From the NCBI GenBank assembly GCA_902602595.1, contig CACKRJ010000006.1, positions 2,024-66,023 on the forward strand: 64,000 nucleotides of DNA, written 5' to 3'. Below, in pieces: positions 29,129-38,908 of the stretch; within the stretch, counting starts at the first letter, position 1; every line of letters begins with the position of its first letter. Source of the stretch: an uncultured SAR86 cluster bacterium (GTDB lineage: Bacteria; Pseudomonadota; Gammaproteobacteria; Magnimaribacterales; D2472). The notes under the pieces are model-generated. The model was not told the origin of the DNA, searched no databases, and worked only from the letters and a program-made list of their open reading frames with translations. Position numbers and translations under genes: made by a program.

Positions 29129-30676
29129 ATGCGACTTAAAATAAAAAAATCCGGCTCATATAAATTTTCAAAAAAATATTTAGATTTGATTCCTAAATCT
29201 AGAGTGTATGACGTTGCAAACAAAACGCCCATAACATTTGCTACTAACTTATCAACTAAATTAAAAAATGACGTTTTTTTAAAGCGTGAAGATATGCAAC
29301 CAATTTTTTCTTTCAAGATCAGAGGGGCATACAATAAGATTGCAAACTTAAATCAACAGCAAAAAAAAAGGGGGGTCATCACAGCCTCTGCTGGTAATCA
29401 CGCACAGGGAGTTGCAAATGCATGTAAAAAATTAAAGGTCCCATGTTTCATTGTAATGCCAGTTACGGCACCTGAGATAAAAGTAAAATCTGTTAAAAGA
29501 TTCGGTTCTAAAGTTTTTCTCTATGGAGACAACTTTGATCAAGCTTCAAAAAAAGCAAGACATATGGCAAAAGAGCAGAAACTTGAATTTATTGAAGCCT
29601 TTGATGATCCATTGACTATAGCTGGGCAGGGCACCGTTGGAAAAGAAATTTTAGATGAAGATAATAATTTAGATGTTATTTTCGTCCCTGTGGGCGGTGG
29701 AGGTCTATTGGCTGGTGTGAGCGCATGGATAGCTCAAACTCAAACAAATACAAAAATATATGGCGTTGAAGTAGAAGACTCTGCTTGTTTAGCTGAAGCA
29801 ATCAAAGCTGATAAAAGAGTTAGATTAAGAGAAGTAGGCCTTTTTGCGGACGGGGTTGCTGTAGAGTGCGTGGGCAAAAATAACTTTGACGTTATCAAGG
29901 AGTGTGTGGACGGAGTAATAACTGTAAGCATTGATGAGTTATGTGCCGCAGTGAAAGATATTTTTGAAGATACAAGAGTTCTTTCTGAGCCTGCCGGTGC
30001 ACTTGCTTTGGCAGGGCTAAAAAAATATGCTAAAAAAATTTCAAATAAACGTTTGCTTGCTGTAAGCAGCGGGGCAAATGTTAATTTTGAAAGACTGAGT
30101 TATATCGTTGAAAGATCTGAGGTTGGGGAAAACAGAGAAAAACTTCTGAGTATCCAAATCCCAGAAAAGCCTGGAAGTTTCTTAAGACTATGCAAAGTCT
30201 TTGGCCGATCACAAATTACAGAGTTTAACTATAGATTTGCCAGCAAAATAGATGCCCATGTTCTTGTAGGAATTAAAACTGAAAATGAAGATGCTTTCAA
30301 AAAAATTAAAAGCAAGCTTTTAAAGAATAAGTTTAAATTTACTGACTTAACAAAAAATCAAATTTCAAATGACCATCTTCGACACATGGTAGGAGGACAT
30401 AAGAGCATTATTTCAGAAAGAGATTCTGAGAGACTGTTTAGATGTCAATTTCCAGTAAGGCCAGGTGCTTTAATGGGATTCTTAAAAGATTTTGGCTCAA
30501 AATGGAACATTTCTTTATTTCATTATAGGAATCTAGGAGCTGCATTTGCCAATGTATTAATCGGTATAGAAGATAAAAGTAAGTCTAAGGATGCCCTAGA
30601 AAAGCATCTAAAATCCTTGGATTATAGTTTCGTTGAGGAAACAGAAAACACAGCTTATAAAGAATTCTTAAGATAA
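29129..30676 (+). CDS. ilvA: Threonine ammonia-lyase, biosynthetic
   Basis: KREDMQPIFSFKIRGA, SAGNHAQG, two C-terminal regulatory domains. Confidence 0.96.
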   Translation: MRLKIKKSGSYKFSKKYLDLIPKSRVYDVANKTPITFATNLSTKLKNDVFLKREDMQPIFSFKIRGAYNKIANLNQQQKKRGVITASAGNHAQGVANACKKLKVPCFIVMPVTAPEIKVKSVKRFGSKVFLYGDNFDQASKKARHMAKEQKLEFIEAFDDPLTIAGQGTVGKEILDEDNNLDVIFVPVGGGGLLAGVSAWIAQTQTNTKIYGVEVEDSACLAEAIKADKRVRLREVGLFADGVAVECVGKNNFDVIKECVDGVITVSIDELCAAVKDIFEDTRVLSEPAGALALAGLKKYAKKISNKRLLAVSSGANVNFERLSYIVERSEVGENREKLLSIQIPEKPGSFLRLCKVFGRSQITEFNYRFASKIDAHVLVGIKTENEDAFKKIKSKLLKNKFKFTDLTKNQISNDHLRHMVGGHKSIISERDSERLFRCQFPVRPGALMGFLKDFGSKWNISLFHYRNLGAAFANVLIGIEDKSKSKDALEKHLKSLDYSFVEETENTAYKEFLR

Positions 30677-31797
30677 TGATAAAAGAATTTGAAATTTTTA
30701 TTCCTGATAAAAAAATTGAAATTTTAAATCAAAAAATCGACTTAACTAGGTGGCCTGATGAAATTAATGATGAAAGATGGACTCTAGGTACAAAAAAGTC
30801 TTATTTAAAAGGAGCAGTTGAAACTTGGAGAAATAATTTTGACTGGAGAAAGCATGAAGCGAAACTAAATGAAGCTGGCAGTTTTAAATTTAAAACTAAA
30901 TCAGGGCTTGAACTTCACTATTTGCACAAAAAATCAGGCTCCAAAAATGCTATTCCGTTATTGTTGACACATGGTTGGCCAGGAAGCGTTCAAGAATTTC
31001 TCAAAATTATACCTTTATTATTGAATGGTAAAAATGGAATAGAATTCGATGTAGTCTGTCCAGCTATTCCGGGGTATGGATTTTCAGATAAACCAAGTGA
31101 GCAGGGAATGAATGCTCAAGAGGTTGCCAAACTTGAAAATGAGTTAATGCTTGGCTTGGGATACAAAAAATATATAGCTCAAGGAGGGGATTGGGGCTCA
31201 ATGATAACAAAGTGGATTGCAGAACTTTATCCAGAAAATTGTCTAGGCATTCACTTGAATTTAGTCATAGCTTTTCCACCTGATGGACAAGATCCAATGG
31301 AGGGAGTAACAGCTGAAGAAGCTGAGGGCATGAAAAATATAGAAAAATATCAAGCAACTGGATATGGATATTTTGCAATTCAAAGCACTAAGCCCCAAAC
31401 AGTTGGATATGGTTTAAACGATTCTCCTGTTGGCTTGGCTGCCTGGATTATTGAGAAATTTCATGGCTGGACAAAAGATAACACAGACAAACTTGTTGTT
31501 TCGCTGGATGAGATTCTAGCCATCGTATCTCTATACTGGTATACAGAATCCATTACATCTTCAGCAAGATTTTATTATGAGAATGGGCCGTTAGGATTTA
31601 CTTTTAATCCCGTATCTCAGCCAATGGCTGGAGCTATTTTCAAAAATGAAATCGCTAGACCACCAAAAGTTTGGGCAGAAAAAATCTATAATATTGTCCA
31701 ATGGAATCAATATCCAGGCGGGCATTTCGCTGCATTGGAGAATCCAGAGATTCTCTCAGATGATATTTTTAGCTTTGCTGCCAAATTAGAAATTTAA
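30676..31797 (+). CDS. Epoxide hydrolase (microsomal type)
   Basis: N-terminal EHN region (RWP...FDWRKHE), HGWPGS, PGYGFS, QGGDWG, GGHFAALE. Confidence 0.92.
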   Translation: MIKEFEIFIPDKKIEILNQKIDLTRWPDEINDERWTLGTKKSYLKGAVETWRNNFDWRKHEAKLNEAGSFKFKTKSGLELHYLHKKSGSKNAIPLLLTHGWPGSVQEFLKIIPLLLNGKNGIEFDVVCPAIPGYGFSDKPSEQGMNAQEVAKLENELMLGLGYKKYIAQGGDWGSMITKWIAELYPENCLGIHLNLVIAFPPDGQDPMEGVTAEEAEGMKNIEKYQATGYGYFAIQSTKPQTVGYGLNDSPVGLAAWIIEKFHGWTKDNTDKLVVSLDEILAIVSLYWYTESITSSARFYYENGPLGFTFNPVSQPMAGAIFKNEIARPPKVWAEKIYNIVQWNQYPGGHFAALENPEILSDDIFSFAAKLEI

Positions 31798-31814
31798 AAG
31801 TAGAAATTCTTTAA

Positions 31815-32381
31815 TCAATAAAATTTTTTACTTTGTTGCTCGGAAAAGACTATATCTAATTTAATATCATGCAATTCATTGAAAGAGTCATCAATAAATT
31901 GAAAATCATAAATTAAACCAATTAGCAGAGGCCCGTTGCTTCTTTGTTTAACAGATTCCAAAAATCTGTCATAGTAACCTCCGCCATATCCAAGCCTATA
32001 GCCGTTTTTATCTACACCAACTGTTGGAATAATAATGATTTCGTGATCAATCGGATTTATTTCATCACCGTCTGATGGCTCGAAGATATTATATTTATTC
32101 CTACCGAGCTTCTTAAAATTTTTGGGAGCAATTAAACTCATTGAATGGTTTGGCTCAATCCTTGGGAAGGTGGTTAAGAGATTTTTTCTCAATCTCATAT
32201 TGGTAAGAGCTTCTAGATCAACTTCATTATTTGAAGAAAAGTAACTTCCTAGTGTTTTGATAGCACTAAGGCTCAACTCTAAGTCAGCATTTTTTAAAAT
32301 TATTTTCGATAAGTTTGAGACCTCAGCTGAGCCTAAAGAATTTCTTTTTTGGAGGATAGATTGTCTGTATTTGGTTTTCAC
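31815..32381 (-). CDS. ygfA: 5-formyltetrahydrofolate cyclo-ligase
   Basis: IFEP, GYRLGYGGGYYDR, HDI; GTG start; downstream of 6S RNA. Confidence 0.92.
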   Translation of the reverse strand: MKTKYRQSILQKRNSLGSAEVSNLSKIILKNADLELSLSAIKTLGSYFSSNNEVDLEALTNMRLRKNLLTTFPRIEPNHSMSLIAPKNFKKLGRNKYNIFEPSDGDEINPIDHEIIIIPTVGVDKNGYRLGYGGGYYDRFLESVKQRSNGPLLIGLIYDFQFIDDSFNELHDIKLDIVFSEQQSKKFY

Positions 32382-32391
32382 ATTTGTGTTA

Positions 32392-32569
32392 ACTAAAAAA
32401 CCAATTCACCGCTACTCATCGTTACCTGAACCGAAAGCTCAGGTGGTGAAGCTCATACTGCATCAGGCTTCCCTCAATGGTAATGCACAACAACAGCAGT
32501 GGAAAATCACCTTTAAATATATTATCGGTTCAAAGAATCTCGATAAGTTGGCGAATGAACCAGTCAATT
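32392..32569 (-). ncRNA. ssrS: 6S RNA
   Basis: Canonical zapA-ssrS-ygfA position; long hairpin with closing stem ACUGGUUCAUUCGC/GCGGUGAAUUGGU and CUUGAACCGA/UCGGUUCAGG helix; ends approximate. Confidence 0.88.
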
Positions 32570-32608
32570 TAATTATAAATCAGTTGATATTAAAAAGAGA
32601 AGATTGTT

Positions 32609-32878
32609 TTAATTAAGGGATTGCTCGATCTTTGAAACAAGATCGTTTATATTTTTTTCTTCGCCCTTTGAGAGGGTGGCGCCTTCTTGAGGAAGTTGAC
32701 TTTTAAAAGCCAAATCTAGGCTTGTCAAAATTAATGCATTTGATTGATCTTGAATTGAATCTATTTGCTCATTTAATATTTCAGCTGCTTTGATTAATCC
32801 TTCTTTGTCTTTTGGAGGGCAAGCAATTGATATCTTTTTACCCATAATCATTAGTTCTAAAACTTCTTTATTGCTCAT
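32609..32878 (-). CDS. zapA: Cell division protein ZapA
   Basis: IMGKKISIACP...L.KAA..LN; upstream of 6S RNA. Confidence 0.85.
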   Translation of the reverse strand: MSNKEVLELMIMGKKISIACPPKDKEGLIKAAEILNEQIDSIQDQSNALILTSLDLAFKSQLPQEGATLSKGEEKNINDLVSKIEQSLN

Positions 32879-33080
32879 GCGATTTAATAACTTTTGTTAG
32901 CTTTGAATTAGCCTTTTCAAGCTTTTTGATTTGATTGGCTTGAGCAAGCTTATTTCTTTTCCATTCTCTTTCTTTTTTAATATAGGCATCAATAATACCT
33001 TTTTGCTCATCAAATCTTTTTAAGAGCTTTTCAGTGCATTTGATTAAATTATTTACAGAACTTTTTGAATCTTCACTCAT
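32868..33080 (-). CDS. Small coiled-coil protein (TIGR02449/ZapB-like position)
   Basis: Coiled-coil pattern with ..EREW..; directly upstream of zapA. Confidence 0.55.
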   Translation of the reverse strand: MSEDSKSSVNNLIKCTEKLLKRFDEQKGIIDAYIKKEREWKRNKLAQANQIKKLEKANSKLTKVIKSHEQ

Positions 33081-33151
33081 ATGAATATACTTAGTTTAAG
33101 TCTTAGAATGTAAATAGGGAAGTTTGAAAAAGAAAAGAGTAGAATGAGCAA

Positions 33152-34447
33152 ATGAAAAACAGATATTCAGAACGAAGAGATAAATTGGGTTCAATGTTAC
33201 CTAAAAACTCTGCCGTGGTTATCGCAGGAGCTTCAACACAATACAGAAATGCAGATTCATCACATGCTTTTAGGCAAGATAGCAATTTTTGGTATTTAAG
33301 TGGTTTTAATGAAGCTGAATCAACATTAGTGCTTTTAGTTAATGAAAAAAATAATGTTCAATCTATTGCTTTTGTTCCAGAAAAAGATGAATTAAAAGAA
33401 ATTTGGGATGGTTACCGAGCTGGGCCAGAAGGCGCTATGAAAGATTATGGTTTTGATCTTGCTTTCAACAACACCGAAATTGATCAAAGATTGCCTGACT
33501 TATTGGCTGGCCATAATCAGGTTTTTTATCCTGTTGGAAAGAGCAAGACATTGGATGCTGACATTATTGAATGGATTAAATCTGCTAAATCAAAAGATAG
33601 GCACAGTTCAGCAATTGATATTGCTGATGCATCATCCAAAGTTGGCAACCAAAGACTCATAAAGGATGAAGATGAAATCAAGATAATGAAAAAGGCTTGC
33701 CAAATCTCTGCTGAAGCCCATGTCGAGGCGATGAAGTTTGTAAAGCCAGGCATGACTGAGCAAGAAATGGAGGCATTTTATCAGTACGAATTTTCAAAAA
33801 GAGGAGGGCGTTTTTCTGCTTATACACCCATTGTAGCTGGTGGCGAAAATGCTTGCGTTCTTCACTATGTAGAAAACTCAAAACCACTAATAGACGGTGA
33901 GTTACTGCTGGTTGATGCTGGGTGTGAATTTGAATTGTATGCATCAGATATTACTAGAACTTTTCCAATCAATGGTAAATTTACGGCTCCTCAACTTGCT
34001 ATTTATGAAGTTGTTTTAGAGGCTCAAGTGAAAAGCATTGAAGCAATTTCTACAAATAATAATGTTATGGATGCACAAACAATTTCTGAAAAGGTAATTA
34101 CGCAAGGGCTAATTGATCTTGGGATATTGCAAGGCTCAATGGAAGAACTTCATGGGGCTGGAGCTTTTAAAGATTTTTATATGCATAAAATAGGCCATTG
34201 GTTGGGTATAGATGTTCATGATGCTGGTGACTACATGGAAGATGGCGACTTCATGAAGTTTAAACCCGGCATGGTTACCACGGTCGAGCCTGGTATTTAT
34301 ATTTCATCGTCTTCAAATGTTGATGATAAGTGGAAAGGAATAGGCATTAGGATCGAAGACGATATTTTGGTGACTGATGATGGTAATGAAAATCTGACTG
34401 CTTTTGTTCCCTCTGATCCTCAAGAGATCGAAGCGTTAATGGCTTAA
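33152..34447 (+). CDS. pepP: Xaa-Pro aminopeptidase
   Basis: FRQDSNFWYL, LVDAG, SDITRT, GHWLGIDVHD, TVEPG, GIRIED. Confidence 0.96.
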   Translation: MKNRYSERRDKLGSMLPKNSAVVIAGASTQYRNADSSHAFRQDSNFWYLSGFNEAESTLVLLVNEKNNVQSIAFVPEKDELKEIWDGYRAGPEGAMKDYGFDLAFNNTEIDQRLPDLLAGHNQVFYPVGKSKTLDADIIEWIKSAKSKDRHSSAIDIADASSKVGNQRLIKDEDEIKIMKKACQISAEAHVEAMKFVKPGMTEQEMEAFYQYEFSKRGGRFSAYTPIVAGGENACVLHYVENSKPLIDGELLLVDAGCEFELYASDITRTFPINGKFTAPQLAIYEVVLEAQVKSIEAISTNNNVMDAQTISEKVITQGLIDLGILQGSMEELHGAGAFKDFYMHKIGHWLGIDVHDAGDYMEDGDFMKFKPGMVTTVEPGIYISSSSNVDDKWKGIGIRIEDDILVTDDGNENLTAFVPSDPQEIEALMA

Positions 34448-34454
34448 AGCTTTT

Positions 34455-35603
34455 ATGTCGCAATCTGTATTGATTTCTGGGGGAGGGATTGTAGGATCCT
34501 TTCTAGGCCTTGAGCTTGCAGCAAGAGAAATACCTTTTAAGATTATCGAAAAAAAACCTTTTGCTTCATCAAAAAATGACCATATAAGATCTTTGACCTT
34601 GAACTTAAGCGCCAGCGAAAGGCTTGAAGATCTCGGGGTTACAACAGAATCGTCACTCATTCAAACAATGAAAATATTTGATGGCTCTGGATCTGGAAAA
34701 TTATCGTTTGATTGTCATGAGGCCAACATCGATTATTTGGCAAAAGTTTTTAGTTTCAATGAATTAAGAGAAGCTTTAATTAAAAAAGTTGAAAGCTCAG
34801 TATCTATTGGAGATGAAATTACGTCCTTTAAAACAATAGAATCTGGGATTCAAGCTTCACTAAGTAATGAATCAACATTAGATAGCAATCTCCTTGTAAT
34901 TGCTGAAGGCAGGAATTCTAATTTGGCGAAGTCTATAGCATCAGAAAATTTTTCTAAAGATTATGAGCAGATTGCTAAAACATTCTTGGTTGAAATTTCA
35001 GAACTAAATAGTGAAGAGGCGGTTCAAGTTTTTCATGAAAAAGAAATTTTTGCATTAATGCCATATAAGAATGATACTGAGATAAATCAATTTTCAGTAG
35101 TTTGGTCCATGCCAAAAGATCTTGCACTTGATTTATCACTAGAAAATTTTTCTACTCACATACAAAAGTTCGAAAAGAAACTTTCTTGTAAAATAAAAGT
35201 AACCAGCGAATTGCTCTCATTCCCACTTTCAGCTCACCATCTTGATGAATACTGTGATCATGGCGTTTGTGTAATTGCTGACGCAGCTCATTCTATTCAT
35301 CCTTTAGCAGGTCAAGGCATTAATTTGGGTATTTCAGACGCGATTATTCTTGCTGAAGAAATTGAACGAGCAATTAACTCTGACAAAGATATCGGACAAT
35401 TAGCTTTTTTAAAAAAATATGAGCTTAGAAGAAAAACCTTGAATGCATCAATGATTAGGGGAGTTGACTTCCTCTTTAATCTTTTTCAACAGGATAATCC
35501 CTATCTAAGATTAGGTCGCAACTCTGGCTTGAAGGTGGTGGATAAGCTCAGCTTTTTAAAGAAAAATTTTATTTTGCATGCATCTGGCATTCAAAAAATT
35601 TAA
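34455..35603 (+). CDS. UbiH/UbiI/VisC-family FAD monooxygenase
   Basis: GGGIVG, DAAHSIHPLAGQGINLG; directly after pepP. Confidence 0.85.
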   Translation: MSQSVLISGGGIVGSFLGLELAAREIPFKIIEKKPFASSKNDHIRSLTLNLSASERLEDLGVTTESSLIQTMKIFDGSGSGKLSFDCHEANIDYLAKVFSFNELREALIKKVESSVSIGDEITSFKTIESGIQASLSNESTLDSNLLVIAEGRNSNLAKSIASENFSKDYEQIAKTFLVEISELNSEEAVQVFHEKEIFALMPYKNDTEINQFSVVWSMPKDLALDLSLENFSTHIQKFEKKLSCKIKVTSELLSFPLSAHHLDEYCDHGVCVIADAAHSIHPLAGQGINLGISDAIILAEEIERAINSDKDIGQLAFLKKYELRRKTLNASMIRGVDFLFNLFQQDNPYLRLGRNSGLKVVDKLSFLKKNFILHASGIQKI

Positions 35604-35608
35604 AAAGC

Positions 35609-36208
35609 CTATTTTTTATTCCAATAAGAAATTCCCAATTCTTTTAAAAGTTCAACTACTTCATGTATGGGTAAACCCACAATATTGGAATAACTTCCAT
35701 TTATTTTTTTGATAAATGCAGATCCGTAGCCTTGAATTCCATAGCTGCCTGCCTTATCGAATGGCTCATTGGTTTTGCAATACTCTTTACAATCAACCTC
35801 AGTTAACGTTGCAAACTCAACGTTTGATGAGACGCTGATGGTGTGAAACTTAGCTTTATCCTTATTTATGATCCCAATAGTCACCGCAGTTATTACTGTG
35901 TGAGTTTTACCAGATAATTTTAAAAGCATCGCAATGGCATCAGGTTCCGATTCAGGTTTCCCAAAAATCTTATCTCCTAAAACAACAATAGTATCAGCAG
36001 CAAGCACCGGAAAAGAACGCATATCCTCAGATATAACCTTGCGAACACCTTCCTGACATTTCAATACCGATAAAGCTACAACATTTTCTTGAGGAGAATT
36101 GGAGCTATTAATCTTTTCGTTGATCTCGATATCGATGATTTTATGTTCGACACCAACTTGTTGCAAAAGCTCAGTTCTTCGAGGTGATTTGGAGGCTAGG
36201 TAGATCAT
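35609..36208 (-). CDS. maf: Maf-family nucleoside triphosphate pyrophosphatase (YhdE-like)
   Basis: LASKSPRR, ADTIV, GKP, DKAGSYGIQ, GSYSNIVGLP. Confidence 0.95.
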   Translation of the reverse strand: MIYLASKSPRRTELLQQVGVEHKIIDIEINEKINSSNSPQENVVALSVLKCQEGVRKVISEDMRSFPVLAADTIVVLGDKIFGKPESEPDAIAMLLKLSGKTHTVITAVTIGIINKDKAKFHTISVSSNVEFATLTEVDCKEYCKTNEPFDKAGSYGIQGYGSAFIKKINGSYSNIVGLPIHEVVELLKELGISYWNKK

Positions 36209-36235
36209 CCATTACAATTTTAACAGGAGAACAAT

Positions 36236-37117
36236 ATGACCAATCAAAATAAAAGAGTAATTTTAGTAACAGGAGCTAGCAGGGGAGTAGGCAAAGGTAT
36301 TGCTGAAGGAATGGCTAGAAAGGGAGATATTATTATTTGTGCCGCCAGAAGCCAACAGAAAGGATCAATCGTCCAACAATTTGGTTTTGAGATTAAAAGC
36401 AGTCTTGATGAAACAGTTGAAAAGATTAATGCAAAGGATGCAAATGGCATCGCCTATTCAATTGATCTAAACAATCAAAAAGAAATTTTAGAACTGTCTG
36501 GCTATATTGAAAAAGAGTTCGGTCAGCTAGACCTGCTAGTTCACTCAGCCTGTCAGATCCATGATGATCTAGTGCAACCAAAACCCTATTGGGAAAAATC
36601 TGTTGATCTTTGGTCATTGATGGATGTTGGACTTAAGTCTAATTATCTTTTATCGCATGCATTAACCCCCTTGATGATTGAAAGCAAAGGCAAGTTAATA
36701 GTTCAAATTTCTTCTCATGGAGCTATGTGCTATATGCATGGGCCCATATATGGTGCACAAAAAGCTGGCATTGATAAAATGGCATTCGACATGGCTTATG
36801 ACCTTAAGCCTCATGAAATTTGCTCATTATCCCTCTGGTCAGGAATAGTAAAAGATGAGAAAACCCAGAAGGTAAGCGAAATGCATGGAGAGCAATATGC
36901 AGAGTTTTTGAAAGGTGCTGCCAGTCAAGAATATGCAGGTTTGGTAATTAACGAGCTATATGATGACCAAAAACTCATGACATTGTCAGGAAAAACACTA
37001 TTAGCTGCTGAAGTTGGTAAACAATATGGAGTTCAAGATATAGATGACTGCACTCCTAAGAGCGATAGGGAAACACTAGGCGGACCTAGAGATTTTTCAG
37101 AAGCAGTGGTTTATTAA
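36236..37117 (+). CDS. SDR oxidoreductase (DHRS1-like)
   Basis: VTGASRGVG, ISS, YGAQK catalytic motif. Confidence 0.9.
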   Translation: MTNQNKRVILVTGASRGVGKGIAEGMARKGDIIICAARSQQKGSIVQQFGFEIKSSLDETVEKINAKDANGIAYSIDLNNQKEILELSGYIEKEFGQLDLLVHSACQIHDDLVQPKPYWEKSVDLWSLMDVGLKSNYLLSHALTPLMIESKGKLIVQISSHGAMCYMHGPIYGAQKAGIDKMAFDMAYDLKPHEICSLSLWSGIVKDEKTQKVSEMHGEQYAEFLKGAASQEYAGLVINELYDDQKLMTLSGKTLLAAEVGKQYGVQDIDDCTPKSDRETLGGPRDFSEAVVY

Positions 37118-37354
37118 TTAGACTTTTTCGCCGCGAGATCTCATGTCTTTGAGAACCTCATCAATGCCTTTTTTGTCTATGATGCGCATACCTTTAGTAG
37201 ATAGCTTCAGAGTTACGAATCTGTTTTCTGACTCGACCCAAAATTTGTGTGTATGGAGGTTAGGAAAGAACTTCCTTTTCACTCGGTTATTTGCATGGGA
37301 AACGTGATTACCGCTTTGTGGCATCTTCCCTGTTACTTGACATACTTTACTCAT
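37118..37354 (-). CDS. rpmB: 50S ribosomal protein L28
   Basis: [10 protein letters not shown]...[16 protein letters not shown]...[11 protein letters not shown]. Confidence 0.98.
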   Translation of the reverse strand: MSKVCQVTGKMPQSGNHVSHANNRVKRKFFPNLHTHKFWVESENRFVTLKLSTKGMRIIDKKGIDEVLKDMRSRGEKV

Positions 37355-37408
37355 AGAAACGCGATTTTATAGGACATAGAGAGTCTTAGCAAGATAGAAT
37401 GAACAAGA

Positions 37409-37903
37409 ATGAAAAATTTATTTTTACTCAGGCACGCTAAGTCTAGTTGGGATAATGCAGCACTTGTTGATTTTGACCGTCCTTTATCTAAAAGAGGAAT
37501 ATCTAATGCAATTAAATTGTCCAAATACATACAAAAAAACAGCATTTCATTTGATTTAGTCCTATCTAGTCCCAGCGAAAGAACACAATCAACCCTTGAT
37601 CTAGTGTTGAGCTCTTTTGATCCTATTCCAACAATCACTTTCAAAGAATCTATTTATCATGCATCAACATCAAGCCTCTCTCAGTTGATTAAAGAGCAAG
37701 ATGATGAGATAAATAATTTACTGATCATAGGACATAATCCCGGTCTGCATATTCTCACAGAAACATTAACCAATGAATCCATTGTAAAGTTTCCAACTTG
37801 TGCTTTTGTAAAAATCACTAATTTTAATCGGTGGAAGAATTTAGATGCTGGTATATTAAATCTCGAATCATTAATTACTCCTAAGGAACTCAAACATGAT
37901 TGA
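37409..37903 (+). CDS. SixA-like histidine phosphatase
   Basis: [25 protein letters not shown]. Confidence 0.88.
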   Translation: MKNLFLLRHAKSSWDNAALVDFDRPLSKRGISNAIKLSKYIQKNSISFDLVLSSPSERTQSTLDLVLSSFDPIPTITFKESIYHASTSSLSQLIKEQDDEINNLLIIGHNPGLHILTETLTNESIVKFPTCAFVKITNFNRWKNLDAGILNLESLITPKELKHD

Positions 37904-38351
37904 TTTGAAAGTTAAAATTCTCAACCCACTTATAGGCGATTCTATTCCATTGCCAGAATATTCTACAGAAGGCTCAGCAGGTTTAGATTTAAGAGCATGT
38001 GTGGAGGAAAGTTTTACGTTAAAGCCTCAAGAGTGCAAATTAATCCCTTTAGGTTTTTCTATTTATATAGAAGATCCAACGCTATCTGCTTTGGTAATTC
38101 CAAGATCTGGTCTTGGCTCGAAACATGGGATCGTTATGGGAAATTTAGTGGGATTAATTGATTCTGACTATCAGGGGGAGCTTAAAGTGCCACTTTGGAA
38201 TAGATCAACTGAAGATTTTCTAGTGAGCAGTGGCGATAGAATTGCTCAAATGATTCTCGTACCAATTAAGCAAGCTAAATTAAGAGTTGTAGAGGATTTC
38301 TCAGAAACAGAAAGAGGAAATAAAGGATTCGGCAGTTCTGGCGTTGAATGA
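37896..38351 (+). CDS. dut: dUTP pyrophosphatase
   Basis: [33 protein letters not shown]. Confidence 0.98.
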   Translation: MIDLKVKILNPLIGDSIPLPEYSTEGSAGLDLRACVEESFTLKPQECKLIPLGFSIYIEDPTLSALVIPRSGLGSKHGIVMGNLVGLIDSDYQGELKVPLWNRSTEDFLVSSGDRIAQMILVPIKQAKLRVVEDFSETERGNKGFGSSGVE

Positions 38352-38374
38352 ATTAGATGCCTTTTGAAAAGAGC

Positions 38375-38851
38375 TTATTTGTCTTCTTCGCTTTCACTAT
38401 CTGATTCAGTATCAGTTTCTGCTTCAGCATTATCATCAGAAGCCTCTTCTGCAGGAGCTTCCTCAACAACATCTTCAACTTCAGCTTCCTTAGCGGTTTC
38501 TTCAACCACTTCTTCGACAGGAGCCTCTACTGCTTCTTCTGCTATTTCTTCTACAGCTGTTTCCTCCGCTTTAGCTTCAGCTTTTTTAGCTTTAGGTTTT
38601 GAAGCGCCTGATGCGCCAAAACGATCTTGGAATTTCTTCACTCTTCCACCAGAATCGAGCATTTTTTGCTTACCAGTGTAGAAAGGATGTGAAGCTGATG
38701 AGACATCAAGCACATAATATGGATATGTATTACCATCTTCCCATTTCTTCGTTTGAGTCGTGCTAACAGTTGAAGGAATAAGAAAGTATTTATCTACTCC
38801 AACATCATGGAATAGTACTTCACGGGTTTGAGGATGTATGCCTTTTTTCAT
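38375..38851 (-). CDS. rpmE2: 50S ribosomal protein L31 type B with acidic C-terminal extension
   Basis: [34 protein letters not shown]; no Cys; ~80-aa low-complexity tail. Confidence 0.93.
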   Translation of the reverse strand: MKKGIHPQTREVLFHDVGVDKYFLIPSTVSTTQTKKWEDGNTYPYYVLDVSSASHPFYTGKQKMLDSGGRVKKFQDRFGASGASKPKAKKAEAKAEETAVEEIAEEAVEAPVEEVVEETAKEAEVEDVVEEAPAEEASDDNAEAETDTESDSESEEDK

Positions 38852-38908
38852 ATTAAAATAAATTTTGGATGAGCACTATAACAAATACAGGTAGGTTTAC
38901 AAACACAT

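Noticed and set aside
32257-32616. 119-aa plus-strand ORF
   Set aside because: Antisense to 6S RNA and the ygfA start
38364-38681. Ser/Ala/Thr-rich 105-aa ORF
   Set aside because: Antisense reading of the low-complexity L31 tail
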